Below are positions 62,826-64,000 of a DNA stretch of 64,000 nucleotides, piece by piece. The position numbers and the translations under genes are program-made. Under the pieces are notes generated by a model, which had not been told where the DNA came from, did not search any database, and saw only the letters and a list, made by a program, of their open reading frames with translations. Each line of letters opens with the position of its first letter. The first letter of the stretch is position 1. The stretch comes from an uncultured Bacilli bacterium (GTDB taxonomy: Bacteria; Bacillota_I; Bacilli_A; RF39; UBA660): contig CAKPPW010000001.1 of the NCBI GenBank assembly GCA_934177995.1, positions 11,378 to 75,377 on the forward strand. Reading direction: 5' to 3'.

Positions 62826-63386
62826 TTGGAATTTAAAGAGATAGAAGAAAAATATAGAGATTTAATAGAAATAGCAGTTAATTATATGAAAAAAAGTAAT
62901 GATAAGAAACATAATGTAATTCATATGTTAGATGTAGTTAATTATACAAAAATTTTACTAAATATGTTAGAAATAGAAGTTAATTATGATGTTTGTATTA
63001 TTTCAGCATATTGGCATGATGTTGGCAGAGTATTTGAAGCAGAAGGACATGAAAAGAAGTCTGCAGAAATGTTATTAAAAGAGATGACTATTAGAAATTA
63101 TCCAGCTGATTTGATTAAGCAGTGCTATAAAGCAATAGAAAGTCATAAATGGAATATGATGCCAGAGACAAATGAAGGACTTATAATAAGAGATGCTGAT
63201 AAATTAGATTTTGTCGGAGTTAACCGATGGAAAAATTGCTTAGATAATAATCAGAGTATGGAAAAAATTATTGAACTACTACCTGATCTTAGAGAAAAAA
63301 TACTATACTTTGAAGAATCTAGACAAATATATGATAAAGAGATAATAAAATTAATTGATTATTTATATGGAAGAGGAGTCGTTTAA
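62826..63386 (+). CDS. HD-domain phosphohydrolase
   Basis: H...WHDVGR...RDADKLD HD motif. Confidence 0.55.
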   Translation: MEFKEIEEKYRDLIEIAVNYMKKSNDKKHNVIHMLDVVNYTKILLNMLEIEVNYDVCIISAYWHDVGRVFEAEGHEKKSAEMLLKEMTIRNYPADLIKQCYKAIESHKWNMMPETNEGLIIRDADKLDFVGVNRWKNCLDNNQSMEKIIELLPDLREKILYFEESRQIYDKEIIKLIDYLYGRGVV

Positions 63387-63387
63387 T

Positions 63388-63984
63388 ATGAGGATAGGAA
63401 TAGATTTAGATGGGGTTGTAATTGATAGTGAGACAACATTTAGAGTTTACGAAGAATTATATGATTTAATTGATTTAAAAGGAAATAATCTAGTAAATAG
63501 AGAAGAACCAAAGTTTAAGACACGTTATAATTGGACAAGAGAACAACAAAAAGATTTTACCGACAAGTATTTCTTATCAGTATCAAGAAATAGTCACTTG
63601 ATGCCAGGATTTGTTGAAGCTTATAAGTATTTAAAAAATCAAGGACATGAATTTGTTGTTATAACAGCTAGGGGACTAACTCCAGATGATGATTTTATGG
63701 AAGAAATGGAGGCAGATGCAAAAAGAATATTAAATGAAGGTAACATAGTTTTTAATAAATACTACTGGAAGCAGACTGATAAATTAGCTACTTGTAAGAA
63801 AGAAAATATAGATATTATGATAGATGATGATTATAAAATCATAGAGAAACTTTCAACTAATGGAGTTAAAACATTATATTTTAGAGACACTAATTTGAAA
63901 AGATTAGCAGAAAATGACTATGTAAAAGAAGTTAATAATTGGGGAGATGTGTGTAGATATATTTCTTCTCTTGAAAATAAATAG
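63388..63984 (+). CDS. HAD-superfamily hydrolase (5'(3')-nucleotidase-like)
   Basis: MRIGIDLDGVV N-terminal DxDG motif. Start set directly after the upstream stop. Confidence 0.45.
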   Translation: MRIGIDLDGVVIDSETTFRVYEELYDLIDLKGNNLVNREEPKFKTRYNWTREQQKDFTDKYFLSVSRNSHLMPGFVEAYKYLKNQGHEFVVITARGLTPDDDFMEEMEADAKRILNEGNIVFNKYYWKQTDKLATCKKENIDIMIDDDYKIIEKLSTNGVKTLYFRDTNLKRLAENDYVKEVNNWGDVCRYISSLENK

Positions 63985-64000
63985 GAGCACTCAGCTTCTT

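Overview
This window is low-GC (~30%) Firmicutes chromosome, read with the standard genetic code (TGA is a stop). The organism is probably a Bacilli or Erysipelotrichia-like spore-former, and gene order resembles the Bacillus recU-ponA / gpsB-rnpB / rodZ-pgsA-recA-rny neighbourhoods. Most of it is core housekeeping. Conserved genes are trmB (3' end), tyrS with a T-box leader, rpsD, ezrA, pta, nrdD-nrdG-dut, ponA-recU, gpsB, rnpB (RNase P RNA, absent from the ORF track), rodZ-like, pgsA, recA with an SOS box, rny, rnjA, pcrA, ligA, ileS with a T-box leader, and murE.

The accessory or unusual content is as follows.
- A divergent NrdD-like paralog retains an ATP-cone but lacks the glycyl-radical and Zn-ribbon tail. 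It sits head-to-head with the genuine nrdDG.
- Three decayed genes lie in a row at about 16.9-19.7 kb: an aldo-keto reductase C-terminal fragment, a frameshifted exported flavodoxin, and a HExxH protein interrupted by one in-frame TAA.
- A DinD-like gene carries a Cheo-type SOS box.
- An Abi_2 abortive-infection gene overlaps htrA and a downstream unknown gene.
- A prepilin-like gene is translationally coupled to ezrA in a five-gene operon, with an EndA/NucA-type nuclease nearby.
- A thioester-domain / CnaB-repeat, sortase-anchored adhesin sits with its own sortase.
- A Clp-like ATPase has only the D1 ring.
- An Rpn-family PD-(D/E)XK nuclease or transposase-like gene lies near the 3' end.

No CRISPR array, rRNA or tRNA was found. 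No single obviously new multi-gene system stands out. The candidates for follow-up are the NrdD-like pseudo-enzyme, the Abi_2-HtrA-ORF cassette, the ezrA-coupled prepilin operon, and the D1-only Clp ATPase.
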